A DNA stretch of 64,000 nucleotides from Pyrinomonadales bacterium. GTDB lineage: Bacteria; Acidobacteriota; Blastocatellia; Pyrinomonadales; Pyrinomonadaceae. The notes beneath the pieces were generated by a model. That model was not told where the DNA came from, did no database searches, and saw nothing but the letters and a program-made list of their open reading frames with translations. The stretch lies in contig JBBSGG010000005.1 in NCBI GenBank assembly GCA_038254305.1, positions 13,044 through 77,043 on the forward strand, read 5' to 3'. Shown here piece by piece: positions 47,532-57,700 of this stretch (position 1 is its first letter; every line of letters starts with the position of its first letter). A program made the translations under genes and the position numbers.

Positions 47532-48539
47532 TCACTGCACTTCGACCCAGTCGCCCGGGTGTATCTCCTGCGCCGTCCGCGTGATGACAGCCGTCGCAGT
47601 TCGTTCCTTTACGTTCAGAATGACCATCTCACCGACGACCTTGCGAACCGGAACATGGCGAAATTCCTTGGCATATTCCGTCGTTACGACCGGGCCGCGC
47701 GCATGTTCGCCTGATTTGCGTCCGGCCTGATTCGAGAATTTTCCGCCGCGATAGTGATCGCTTTGATAGCCTTCGCTGCGCGCCGGTACGGATTCGTCCT
47801 CGTCGTTGATAAAGAGATTGCCTTTGCCGAGCGGCCTGAATATTGTTAGATAATCGCCGACCTGCACGTGGTCTTCGGCGCCGAGGTCGATATAGACTAT
47901 CTGATCGCGGCCTATAAGGTCGATGTTGTCACGTGCCATAAGCAATCGTCCCATTGCTTTACCGGACGGGTCGCCGTATAGGTCAAGTGCCGGTCGCTGG
48001 GAGAATGTCGGGCTCACGCGTACCTGCATCGGCTGGACGAGGTCGCCCATCATTAAATTGTCGCAGGACGTCTTTACGCGGACCACCGAGATCGTCGGCT
48101 TGACACGCATCACTTCGACCGATCCTACTTCCTGTACGTAAAACCCCAGCTCATCCTTTTTCGACCAGTGCGAATGCACCTGGCCGCGTGGACGCACGAC
48201 GCTGAAAACATCGCCCACCTGGGCGCCTTTATTTGCGCCGAAGTTCAGGTACATTACGTTATTCTCCGAATAGAGATTTCCGTCCTGTTCATTCACGGCA
48301 CCCATGATCTTGCGGCTGGTATCGATACCCGCCACCTGCACGTAGCCGGCACAGTAAAGGTTGTTCCGCGCCGCTACCGGCATCTCGCGCCGGACCTCAA
48401 CGATCTGCTGTTGGACCGGCGGCGGGGGCGATTTTGGACGAGGGCGCGATTTTACCTGACCGTCGGATCCCGCCGCAAAGAATGCGCACAGCAAAGCGAC
48501 GACGGTGACTGCGTTCTTGGAAAAGCTTTGAAAATTCAC
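47532..48539 (-). CDS. Hypothetical secreted protein with two similar beta-rich modules
   Basis: GTG start with an AGGAG RBS, and a signal peptide. The repeated pattern G..V.VGD...V.R...V(E/R)V suggests an internal duplication. No confident family. Confidence 0.55.
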   Translation of the reverse strand: MNFQSFSKNAVTVVALLCAFFAAGSDGQVKSRPRPKSPPPPVQQQIVEVRREMPVAARNNLYCAGYVQVAGIDTSRKIMGAVNEQDGNLYSENNVMYLNFGANKGAQVGDVFSVVRPRGQVHSHWSKKDELGFYVQEVGSVEVMRVKPTISVVRVKTSCDNLMMGDLVQPMQVRVSPTFSQRPALDLYGDPSGKAMGRLLMARDNIDLIGRDQIVYIDLGAEDHVQVGDYLTIFRPLGKGNLFINDEDESVPARSEGYQSDHYRGGKFSNQAGRKSGEHARGPVVTTEYAKEFRHVPVRKVVGEMVILNVKERTATAVITRTAQEIHPGDWVEVQ

Positions 48540-48861
48540 GATTTTCTCCTTTGGAAAGATGATGTTTTGTACAGGAATTTGGATGCGTACAAAGAAAAAA
48601 CAGGCAGGAAAATAGCAGCCGATCTGGCCAATATCTATGTTAGCTTGCCGGTTTATGCGCAGTCAACAATTATTTTTAATGTTAAACACCCGGTCAGCCG
48701 GCGGGCATTATCGTTTGCCCAGAGGTCTGATCGTCAGCCCGCCCGTTTGCCGTTGAGCGCTCAAATCGATAATGCACTTTGTGCGATCGGCTGGTTTGCC
48801 ACCTCGAACAACGCTTTGCTAGTATTGTCGTTTGCGGCGAAGCGGCCGTGACCCACCATTA

Positions 48862-48937
<76 letters not shown>

Positions 48938-49035
48938 GTATTTATAGGCGTTTCAACAATTTGGGTGAGTCGGCTTCACATCAATACCGGGTTGCACTTC
49001 CCAAAACCAACGATTCGGAAATCGTGTTCGTTGGG

Positions 49036-50697
49036 CTATTTCAAGGCCATTGAATCATAGACGACCTTGCCAGCGACCAACGTAAAAACGCTGTGGGTCT
49101 TGGGCAGTTGGTCGAGCGGTGCTGTAAAGATGTCCTGCGATAGGACGATCAGATCAGCCTGTTTGCCAATTGCGAGAGTGCCTTTTTCCTTTTCGGCAAA
49201 TTCTGCGTAGGCCGAACCGCGGGTGTATGCCTCGACTGCCTGTTCGCGTGTGATCGCTTCCGAGGGCCTCACCGGGTGAATAGCCGCAAACATTATATTC
49301 AAATACGGATTCATCGCGCCAATCGGACTATCTGTAGCATCCGTGTTAGCATCCGAGCCCATCGCTATCTGAATGCCGGCATCGATCAGCGAGCGCAGCG
49401 GCAGATATTTGTGATCGTTTCCGTAACGACTGTTCAGCACGTCTCTTAGCGTAAAGTGCGTTGGATTCACGACAACGACGACTCCGAGGCGGCTAGCCCG
49501 GGGAATCAGATCGGGTAGTAACCCATCTCCATGCTCGATTCTCACACGCTTTGACTTCCAATCGATCTTTGTGCCCGCCTTTTCCATACCGTTCAGAAGC
49601 GCTTCGTTTGTCCTATCGCCTACGGCGTGTAAAATCAGCTGCTGTTTGAACATCAGTGATTCTTTGACCATTGATGCAATATCCGCTTCGTCGAAGTTGA
49701 GCTTACCGGACCAGTCGGGGCGGTCATTATAAGGTTTGCGGAGCGCCGCCGCGCGTTCGATAGGCGATCCGTCGGGTATCCATTTGATGCCGCTGACGGT
49801 CACTCTCGAATGTGGGAACTGAAGCTTGGGAATTTGTAGAATTTCCGACAAGTCGCGGCCCCGCGTGGTTGTCATCGAAAATGGGATCGCCCGCACGCGG
49901 ATGGGCAAGTCGGCTTTTACCAGAAGACGGGCGAAGCGATCGATCGGCAAGAACGCCATAATTTGCATTGACGTAATGCCGTCGCGGACCGCCTCATCCG
50001 CCAAGACCCGCAAATGCTTTATGATGTCCTGATCTGATATTTGGCTAGCGAGAAACCGATTTGGCTTCCACTGAGCATATTCCCACAGCTTGCCATTGAT
50101 GCGTTGTGAACCTGCGACGCGCTCATAGTAGCCGCCGACGGGGTCGGGTTCCTTATCGATTATGTGCAAGACCGGCATCGCCGCCGAGTTGATGATATAT
50201 CCGTGCCCATCGTACCGGATCAGAACGGGATTATCCGGGGCGACCCGGTCAATAGCAAATCGCGTTGCCTCAGCTCCGGGCCTTTCGGCTAACCCGAGAT
50301 TGGCAAATATCCAGGTTCCCTTGGGTATTTGTTTGGCCGCCGCCGCGATCGCGTCAACGGTTTCACCCCAACTCGGGTTCGTTGTTTTGAATTGCAGCGT
50401 GAAGCCCTTAGGGTCGGGCATAAAGTGAAAATGCGCGTCATTGATGCCGGGAATTACCACGCGGCCTTGTAAATCAATCAGGCGAGTTCTTGCTCCGGCG
50501 AGGGACCTGATCTCAGCAGAAGTGCCGATCGCAATAATGCGCTCGCCGCGAATGGCAACGGCCTGTACGTACGGTTGTACCGAATTGGCGGTGAAAACCT
50601 TTCCGTTTAGCAATATCAAGTCAGCGGGTGCTTGCTGTCCTAAAACCAAAAGAGGCAGTGATGCGCTAAGCAGTACGATAAGTACGATGCTATTCAT
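49036..50697 (-). CDS. Secreted amidohydrolase-family (Amidohydro_3-like) metallo-hydrolase
   Basis: Signal peptide, PGINDAHFHF metal-binding motif, and a later VRIEHGD histidine context. Confidence 0.8.
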   Translation of the reverse strand: MNSIVLIVLLSASLPLLVLGQQAPADLILLNGKVFTANSVQPYVQAVAIRGERIIAIGTSAEIRSLAGARTRLIDLQGRVVIPGINDAHFHFMPDPKGFTLQFKTTNPSWGETVDAIAAAAKQIPKGTWIFANLGLAERPGAEATRFAIDRVAPDNPVLIRYDGHGYIINSAAMPVLHIIDKEPDPVGGYYERVAGSQRINGKLWEYAQWKPNRFLASQISDQDIIKHLRVLADEAVRDGITSMQIMAFLPIDRFARLLVKADLPIRVRAIPFSMTTTRGRDLSEILQIPKLQFPHSRVTVSGIKWIPDGSPIERAAALRKPYNDRPDWSGKLNFDEADIASMVKESLMFKQQLILHAVGDRTNEALLNGMEKAGTKIDWKSKRVRIEHGDGLLPDLIPRASRLGVVVVVNPTHFTLRDVLNSRYGNDHKYLPLRSLIDAGIQIAMGSDANTDATDSPIGAMNPYLNIMFAAIHPVRPSEAITREQAVEAYTRGSAYAEFAEKEKGTLAIGKQADLIVLSQDIFTAPLDQLPKTHSVFTLVAGKVVYDSMALK

Positions 50698-50792
50698 TTT
50701 TCTTTTCCTATAGCGGCGAAACTCGGTGCGACCTAACGATTGAGATGACGTGGGGCGAAACGCCAGCGACGAAACTGGGTTGCGCCTGAATG

Positions 50793-51761
50793 TTAGTGCG
50801 GCGGCAAGTTGAACCGATGCACCGTAATCTTCTCTCCTACCTCGACGGACATTAAGTCTTCACCTACTTCTAACGGGCCTGGATAAGTTTGCCTTGTGCG
50901 CGTTACCAGATCCTCAACTGTCGGCGGGCTTATTGCGAGATCGGTACTTAACAATACGATATGCGTGTACACCGCGAGCCGGGGTTTCACCCGGTCGAAA
51001 ACTCTGCCTGCATCTTCTGGCGTCGTGTGATGGCCGATGATTCGTCGCGCCGCATCCGACGTGCTCAGGTTTTCCGCTTTCGCCACCCCGACCTCATGAA
51101 ACAATACATCCGCTTTCTTGGAGAAATGGATCAGGTTTTCGCTGAACCGCGTATCACCAGAGAGCACAACGGACCGGCCCTGATAGTCTATGCGATAACC
51201 GAAGGCCGGTTTGATGAACTCACCATGATCTACGTTGAATGCCGTGACCTTGACACCGTTCTTCTCATAGACCACCCCCTCTGTGATCTCCTTGGTAATA
51301 ATCTCCGCGCCTACTGGAGGAATTTTCTCGTCCGCCATGCGAATCCGAAGGTCGGCCTGATACGCCTTCTTCAAATAAAGCATCATCTGCGTCGTTCCCA
51401 CCGGGCCATACACACGCATCGGCTTATTCCGGAGACCGAAAGGGGACGGGAGCCATCCCGTCAACCAAAGATCAGGAAACCCCACGACGTGGTCCGAGTG
51501 GAGGTGAGTGAAAAACACAGCAGTCAAATCGCGCATTGGGATATGAAGCTGCCAAAGACGAACCGAAGAGCCGCGGCCACAATCAAAAAGCAGTTTTTCC
51601 GATCCCGCTTCGACCAGGATGCTTGGGCCGAACCGTTCGATTATAGGAACAGGAGTCCCGGTTCCCAGCAAGGTCACTTTGAGAGTTTGCGACCCAGCAG
51701 TCATCGGGATTAAGAGAATGAGAAAAATTCTCAAACATTTGGGCGAGAAAGTTTTAACCAT
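50793..51761 (-). CDS. Secreted MBL-fold metallo-hydrolase
   Basis: Trimmed to the ATG at 51761 with a signal peptide. HxHxDH motif THLHSDHVVG. Confidence 0.8.
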   Translation of the reverse strand: MVKTFSPKCLRIFLILLIPMTAGSQTLKVTLLGTGTPVPIIERFGPSILVEAGSEKLLFDCGRGSSVRLWQLHIPMRDLTAVFFTHLHSDHVVGFPDLWLTGWLPSPFGLRNKPMRVYGPVGTTQMMLYLKKAYQADLRIRMADEKIPPVGAEIITKEITEGVVYEKNGVKVTAFNVDHGEFIKPAFGYRIDYQGRSVVLSGDTRFSENLIHFSKKADVLFHEVGVAKAENLSTSDAARRIIGHHTTPEDAGRVFDRVKPRLAVYTHIVLLSTDLAISPPTVEDLVTRTRQTYPGPLEVGEDLMSVEVGEKITVHRFNLPPH

Positions 51762-51986
51762 AGCGATTCCTCCTAACCGAGGGCGCGACCTAAAGACGGA
51801 ATGAATCAAGGCCAGCAAATGACATTCAACTTCCGCTGGCTGAAGGAACAGAGATGAACTGTATTCTCTCGAACATTCCGGTCGAATGACTTATCGATGG
51901 CGCTGATCGATTAATTACTCTACCGCAGTTACTTGATTTGTTTTGGCTATAAACGCTTGGCCGTCAGCACAACGGTACCGACGATT

Positions 51987-52970
51987 TTACTGTTTCAGGT
52001 CGATTGGAATCGTTTCGGTTTTTTCGACGCCCGTCTTACCGACCTCAAGGTCAACTGCGGCCGCACTTGCCGGAACTACGTAAGACATAGCGTAATCCTG
52101 CGAAACGGGACAGGTAAGCACGGTGTTGTCGCTCGAGTTTTCCGGTAAGGACGGAGCGCCGTCAATCAACAAACGAAAGAATTCGGGAAGGAACTCGTTG
52201 CCTCCGTCTTTACACGTGATATGGACCGTTAAATTCAAGTAACGCTTGCCTGATGCCGCACGTTGGCTAAAGCCGTCCATATCTATGTTCGCACTTTGGA
52301 CGGCGTAGGTGATCGTCGGATCTTTGGTTGTTTTTTCGTCGCTTTTTAGATTAAGAGTCATCGGATATTGAGGCGGCGAAATAGGGCCGTCGAGCATGAT
52401 CGTAGCCGGTTCTTTATCCTGTTCGTCGAGAGTGATCTGCGAGCCCGTCCATTGTGACGACTCAGGCACGTGAAAACTTATCTTGCGCTCCTGTGTATCT
52501 CGCGGTTCGAGGTTGTCTTCATAAGGACGTTTGTAAACCGAGCCGTCGCCGAGTTTCAGCTGCCATTGCCCATTTCTGATACTGACGCCCTCTTTCGCCA
52601 TATTGACAATTGAAAATGTTACGTCCGCAACGGCGGGTTTTGAATTGTCTATCGGCAGATCGTCCGCAACTCGCACAGAGATCACGGCTTTGGTCACGGT
52701 GTATTGCAGATTCGCGTATTTGAACATGCGCGGCTGTGTACTTTGCAGTGCGAGTTCGACGGGCGACGACGCGGGCCTAGCACTCACAGCTGGTTGATTT
52801 GAGTTTGCACTGGGACCGACGCTGCCCGAAAGAGTCTTTCCGATGCTACTGCATCCGGCGACCAAAAAAATGCCGCAAAGGAGCACTAAAATAAGATTTT
52901 GGCTTGCCGAGTGCGTAGGCTGTCGGGAATCTCGTCTGTCGATTCTTAAATCCGATATAGAGTTTTTCAT
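51987..52970 (-). CDS. Hypothetical lipoprotein with beta-sandwich (DUF4352-like) repeats
   Basis: GGGAGA RBS. Charged N-region, TM segment and lipobox LVAGCS. Its N-terminal ~50 aa are paralogous to the neighbouring gene. Confidence 0.55.
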   Translation of the reverse strand: MKNSISDLRIDRRDSRQPTHSASQNLILVLLCGIFLVAGCSSIGKTLSGSVGPSANSNQPAVSARPASSPVELALQSTQPRMFKYANLQYTVTKAVISVRVADDLPIDNSKPAVADVTFSIVNMAKEGVSIRNGQWQLKLGDGSVYKRPYEDNLEPRDTQERKISFHVPESSQWTGSQITLDEQDKEPATIMLDGPISPPQYPMTLNLKSDEKTTKDPTITYAVQSANIDMDGFSQRAASGKRYLNLTVHITCKDGGNEFLPEFFRLLIDGAPSLPENSSDNTVLTCPVSQDYAMSYVVPASAAAVDLEVGKTGVEKTETIPIDLKQ

Positions 52971-53082
52971 AATATTCTCCCTTAATGATGGTTGATGGCG
53001 GACAGATGAATATGAAAGGTCCGGCTATTTTGAACTTCGTTTGAGCCTACATCCATATTAATTCGCCGCCCCGAATAGCTTG

Positions 53083-53535
53083 TTATTTCTTATTGGCGTT
53101 TTCGTCCGCCTTATATTTTTCAAGCTGCGCTTTGAAATCCCGGCAATTTTTGGCCAATGCAACTTTATCGGTTTTGTTTTCCTCAATACTTGCCTTTACG
53201 TTTTCCCTTATCTTATTTAGGAAAGTTGCTTTAATTGCTTTCGCAATATATCCGTCATCCGGATTATTAGCCTCTGCCGATAGCATATTCATAACCTCAT
53301 CGCATTCCGGCACGCCGGTTGTTTCATCGGACAAATCGGGCGTCGAGCTTAAGGCCGGTCGATTTGCATTCGTGCCGGAATCACCGCCGCCAGACAAAGA
53401 CTTTCCAATCCTGCTGCATCCCGCGACTAAAACTATGCCGCAAAGAATTACTAGGACTAGATCAGAGCTTGCCGAACGTTCCGGACGTCCGGCATCCCGC
53501 CGGTCTGTACTAGAATGCGTTGATGAGTTTTTCAT
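53083..53535 (-). CDS. Hypothetical lipoprotein, helical C-terminal domain
   Basis: Same N-terminal module (MKNSS...LVAGCS) as 51987..52970. AT-rich coding sequence. Confidence 0.5.
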   Translation of the reverse strand: MKNSSTHSSTDRRDAGRPERSASSDLVLVILCGIVLVAGCSRIGKSLSGGGDSGTNANRPALSSTPDLSDETTGVPECDEVMNMLSAEANNPDDGYIAKAIKATFLNKIRENVKASIEENKTDKVALAKNCRDFKAQLEKYKADENANKK

Positions 53536-53656
53536 GCGTTTTTATCCTGATAATGACATTCAAAGACGCCGACATTCACACTGCCGGATGCAATGGCGGA
53601 TCGACGAGGCCGCGATTGAAACGGCTCTCGTAAAATACACGAAATAGTGAGTAACG

Positions 53657-54295
53657 CTATGGTCGAACCGTTACACTACGAATGAGACTGAGATCAATGT
53701 CCTTCGTCGTGCCGTTTTTCATTCTGATATGCAGGGTGCCGGTTGCGGGTAAATCTAAATTCTCGCCGTTGTCCCGGCCGCCGCGATTGCCACGATTCCG
53801 GTCATCAGCGTTGCCGTTATTGTTACTATTGCCGTAGCCGCCGTCGTTGGGTAAGCCGCCGCCGCTAAATGAAGTCGCTCCGCCAAGACGAATCGTAAAG
53901 GTTCCACCGCCGATCGGCCCGTTTGTCGTGTGCAAAATGACGGTCTGCCGTTTAGTCAGATTAAATGTGGCAACGTCTCTGCCCGTACCGCCGCCGTCTC
54001 CTTGGGCGTAATAGCAACACGCGAGCGATGTCGCGCCATTGCGGGCGAGAACTTCGAAATTGAGTAAGCCTTGCTCGTCGCGCTGTGCCTTCACGTCGAC
54101 TGTTATTGTTACATCGCCCGGACCGGCGGTGAAGGAATAGAAGCTTTCTTTGCCCCGGTCGTTCATATTTCCCGTAATTGCCGCGGAATTTAACGGGATT
54201 GGGTTATCGCGGTCAGACGACTGCGCGGATGCCATTCCGCCTAAAGAAAATAGGACAAATACCAAAACGAAAAAAATGTATCGCAAACGTTTCAT
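53657..54295 (-). CDS. Hypothetical secreted protein (pre-peptidase C-terminal-like beta domain, Gly/Asn-rich tail)
   Basis: Signal peptide MKRLRYIFFVLVFVLFSLGGMASA. DRDNPIPL...ESFYSFTAGPGDVTITVDV resembles PPC-type domains. Confidence 0.5.
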   Translation of the reverse strand: MKRLRYIFFVLVFVLFSLGGMASAQSSDRDNPIPLNSAAITGNMNDRGKESFYSFTAGPGDVTITVDVKAQRDEQGLLNFEVLARNGATSLACCYYAQGDGGGTGRDVATFNLTKRQTVILHTTNGPIGGGTFTIRLGGATSFSGGGLPNDGGYGNSNNNGNADDRNRGNRGGRDNGENLDLPATGTLHIRMKNGTTKDIDLSLIRSVTVRP

Positions 54296-54789
54296 TAGTC
54301 AACTACACGAAAAAAGGCTGTGTCGGTCAGATGGTTTGGCGGGTTCCAAAAAACTGAAAAAAGAGGTGAGCCTACTCGATTCATCCGAATCGTAGGCTCA
54401 ATCGGGCAGTTTGTCAAAATATCCGGCTATCTCAGTCTAACGGACAGTCCCGTCGAGATATACAAGGTCGGCAAAGGAAAACCGGTCGCTACTGATCCTG
54501 GTTCTGACTAAAAACGATGAAAGTCCAATAATGGTGAAATGTGAATGGTGAATTATGAAGTCCTATAAATGAACATTGCACAAAAACCCGTGTGATATAA
54601 TTACCCTGTTTCATCCCGTTTCGAGATTCTTGTAAAAAACGTTTGTATTATTTTTCACTAGAATTCTTTAGTATTCCTCTCTATAATGTCATTGCCCACC
54701 AAGTACGAATGCCTGTTTTTGCCTCAGCGGAAACGGGCCCGGCTTATTATACGACCCACTTCAAATAATATTCAGGAGAAACATTCAAG

Positions 54790-57700
54790 ATGGCCGAAGT
54801 GTCAACGGGAAAGTCCGCCCGTAAAGCCAAAACCAACGGAAGTTCCGTTAAGTCCTCAATCGGTGCGAAAAGAAATGGCAATGGCTCGGATCATATAGAT
54901 AACGTCCAGCTCCTCACTGTGCTGACGGCGGTTCGCAGCGGCGATTTCACCCACCGGCTGCCGCTTGGCGGCGAAGGCAACGCGGGGAGGATTTACGATG
55001 CCCTCAATGAGATCATCGAGCGAAACGAGCGTCTCGCTTCTGAGCTCGGCAGGATCAGCGAGGTCGTAGGAAAGGAAGGCAAGATCGCCCAGCGCGCGCG
55101 GCTTCCGCAAGCGACAGGCGGTTGGGCTTCCTGTATCGATTCGGTCAATACATTGATCACGGACCTTGCGCAGCCGACGACCGAAGTTGCGCGTGTGATC
55201 GGTGCTGTTGCCCAGGGCGACCTTTCGCAAAATTTCAATCTCGAGATCGACGACCGACCGCTCCGCGGCGAATTCCTCCGAACCGGTAAGACAGTGAACA
55301 CAATGGTGGCGCAGCTCGGTGCGTTTGCGTCAGAAGTTACGCGCGTCGCCCGCGAGGTAGGTACCGAAGGAAAGCTCGGCGGACAGGCACAGATCAAAGG
55401 CGTTTCCGGAACATGGAAGGATCTGACCGATAACGTGAACCTGATGGCTTCGAACCTAACGGGCCAGGTTCGCAACATTGCCGATGTGACCACGGCTGTT
55501 GCCAACGGCGATCTTTCGAAGAAGATAACGGTAGACGTTAAGGGTGAAATTCTCGAGCTCAAAAACACTATCAACACGATGGTCGATCAGCTCTCCTCAT
55601 TCGCATCTGAGGTGACGCGAGTAGCGCGTGAGGTGGGAACCGAAGGAAAACTCGGCGGACAGGCCGAGGTGAAAGGCGTATCGGGAACGTGGAAGGATCT
55701 GACCGACAACGTGAACCTGATGGCCAACAACCTTACCGGCCAGGTGCGAAACATTGCCGAAGTTACGACCGCTGTGGCGAATGGCGATCTATCCAAGAAA
55801 ATTACCGTTAACGTACGCGGCGAAATTCTCGAATTGAAAGACACCATCAACACGATGGTGGATCAGCTTTCGTCGTTCGCGTCGGAAGTTACGCGTGTGG
55901 CCCGCGAGGTAGGTACTGAAGGAAAGCTCGGCGGACAGGCAGAAGTAAAAGGCGTTGCCGGCGTGTGGAAGGACCTGACCGACAACGTGAACCTGATGAC
56001 CAGTAACCTTACCGGCCAAGTTCGTAATATCGCAGACGTTGCGACATCTGTAGCAAACGGCGATCTTTCGAAAAAGATCACGGTGGACGTTCGCGGCGAA
56101 ATTCTAGAACTCAAAAACACGCTGAACACAATGGTGGATCAGCTCAATTCATTCGCATCCGAAGTTACCCGCGTGGCCCGCGAGGTTGGTACCGAAGGAA
56201 AGCTCGGCGGACAGGCCGAAGTGCAGGGCGTCGGCGGCGTTTGGAAGGATCTGACCGACAACGTAAACCTTATGACCTCGAACCTGACGGCTCAGGTACG
56301 AAATATCGCCGAGGTTGCAACGTCGGTGGCAAACGGTGACCTTTCGAAAAAGATCACCGTGCAGGTGCGCGGCGAGATCCTCGAGCTGAAAGATACGCTG
56401 AACACAATGGTGGATCAGCTCAACTCATTCGCATCGGAAGTTACGCGTGTAGCCCGTGAGGTTGGAACCGAAGGAAAGCTTGGCGGACAGGCACAGGTGA
56501 AAGGCGTTTCCGGAACGTGGAAGGATCTCACCGACAACGTAAATTTCATGGCGTCGAACCTAACCGGCCAGGTGCGCAACATCGCTGCCGTTACGACAGC
56601 CGTTGCCAACGGCGATCTTTCGAAGAAGATCACCGTCGATGTGCAGGGAGAAATTCTCGAGCTTAAAGACACTATCAACACGATGGTCGATCAGTTATCG
56701 TCGTTCGCGTCCGAAGTTACGCGTGTCGCCCGTGAGGTCGGTACCGAAGGAAAACTTGGCGGCCAGGCGGTCGTGGGCGGCGTTTCGGGAACATGGAAGG
56801 ATCTCACGGATAACGTGAATTTCATGGCTTCGAACCTGACGTCTCAGGTGCGTAACATTGCCGACGTTACAACGGCCGTCGCGACGGGCGACCTTTCGAA
56901 GAAGATCACGGTCGACGTTAAGGGCGAAATTCTCGAGCTTAAAAACACCATCAATACGATGGTGGACCAATTGTCCTCATTCGCCTCCGAAGTTACGCGT
57001 GTGGCCCGTGAGGTCGGTACCGAAGGAAAGCTCGGCGGACAGGCGCAGGTAAAAGGCGTCTCCGGAACATGGAAGGATCTGACCGAGAACGTAAATTTCA
57101 TGGCGTCGAACCTAACCGGCCAGGTGCGCAACATCGCTGCCGTTACGACAGCTGTTGCCAACGGTGATCTTTCGAAAAAGATCACGGTCGATGTGCAGGG
57201 TGAAATTCTCGAGTTGAAAGACACTATCAACACGATGGTCGATCAGCTCAATTCGTTCGCATCGGAAGTGACGCGGGTAGCCCGCGAGGTTGGTACCGAA
57301 GGAAAGCTCGGCGGGCAGGCCGAGGTGAAAGGCGTCGCCGGCGTCTGGAAAGATCTCACCGACAACGTGAACTTCATGGCGTCGAACCTCACGACACAGG
57401 TGCGCGGAATCGCCCGCGTTGTGACGGCTGTGGCGAACGGCAACCTTAACAGAAAGCTCGAAGTGGAAGCTCTCGGCGAAATCGCGGAGCTTGCCGACAC
57501 CATCAACGCCATGATCGACACCCTTGCCACCTTCGCCGATCAGGTAACGACCGTGGCCCGCGAGGTCGGGATCGAAGGCGAACTTGGCGGACAGGCGAAC
57601 GTGCCCGGAGCGTCGGGAACATGGCGCGACCTTACGGATAACGTGAACCAGCTCGCCGCTAACCTGACAAACCAGGTGCGGGCGATGGCTGACGTGGCGA

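Noticed and set aside
54530-54552. Direct repeat AATGGTGAA-N5-AATGGTGAA in the AT-rich region upstream of the giant kinase.
   Set aside because: A 9-mer repeated once in very AT-rich sequence has little statistical weight. The 14-nt period does not match helical phasing typical of response-regulator sites. It also lies ~240 nt from the start codon.
55324-57531. Regular 276-bp tandem repeats, which could superficially suggest a CRISPR-like or satellite array.
   Set aside because: The repeats are contiguous with no spacers. They are in frame within one long ORF and encode recognisable HAMP heptad patterns. No cas genes are present.
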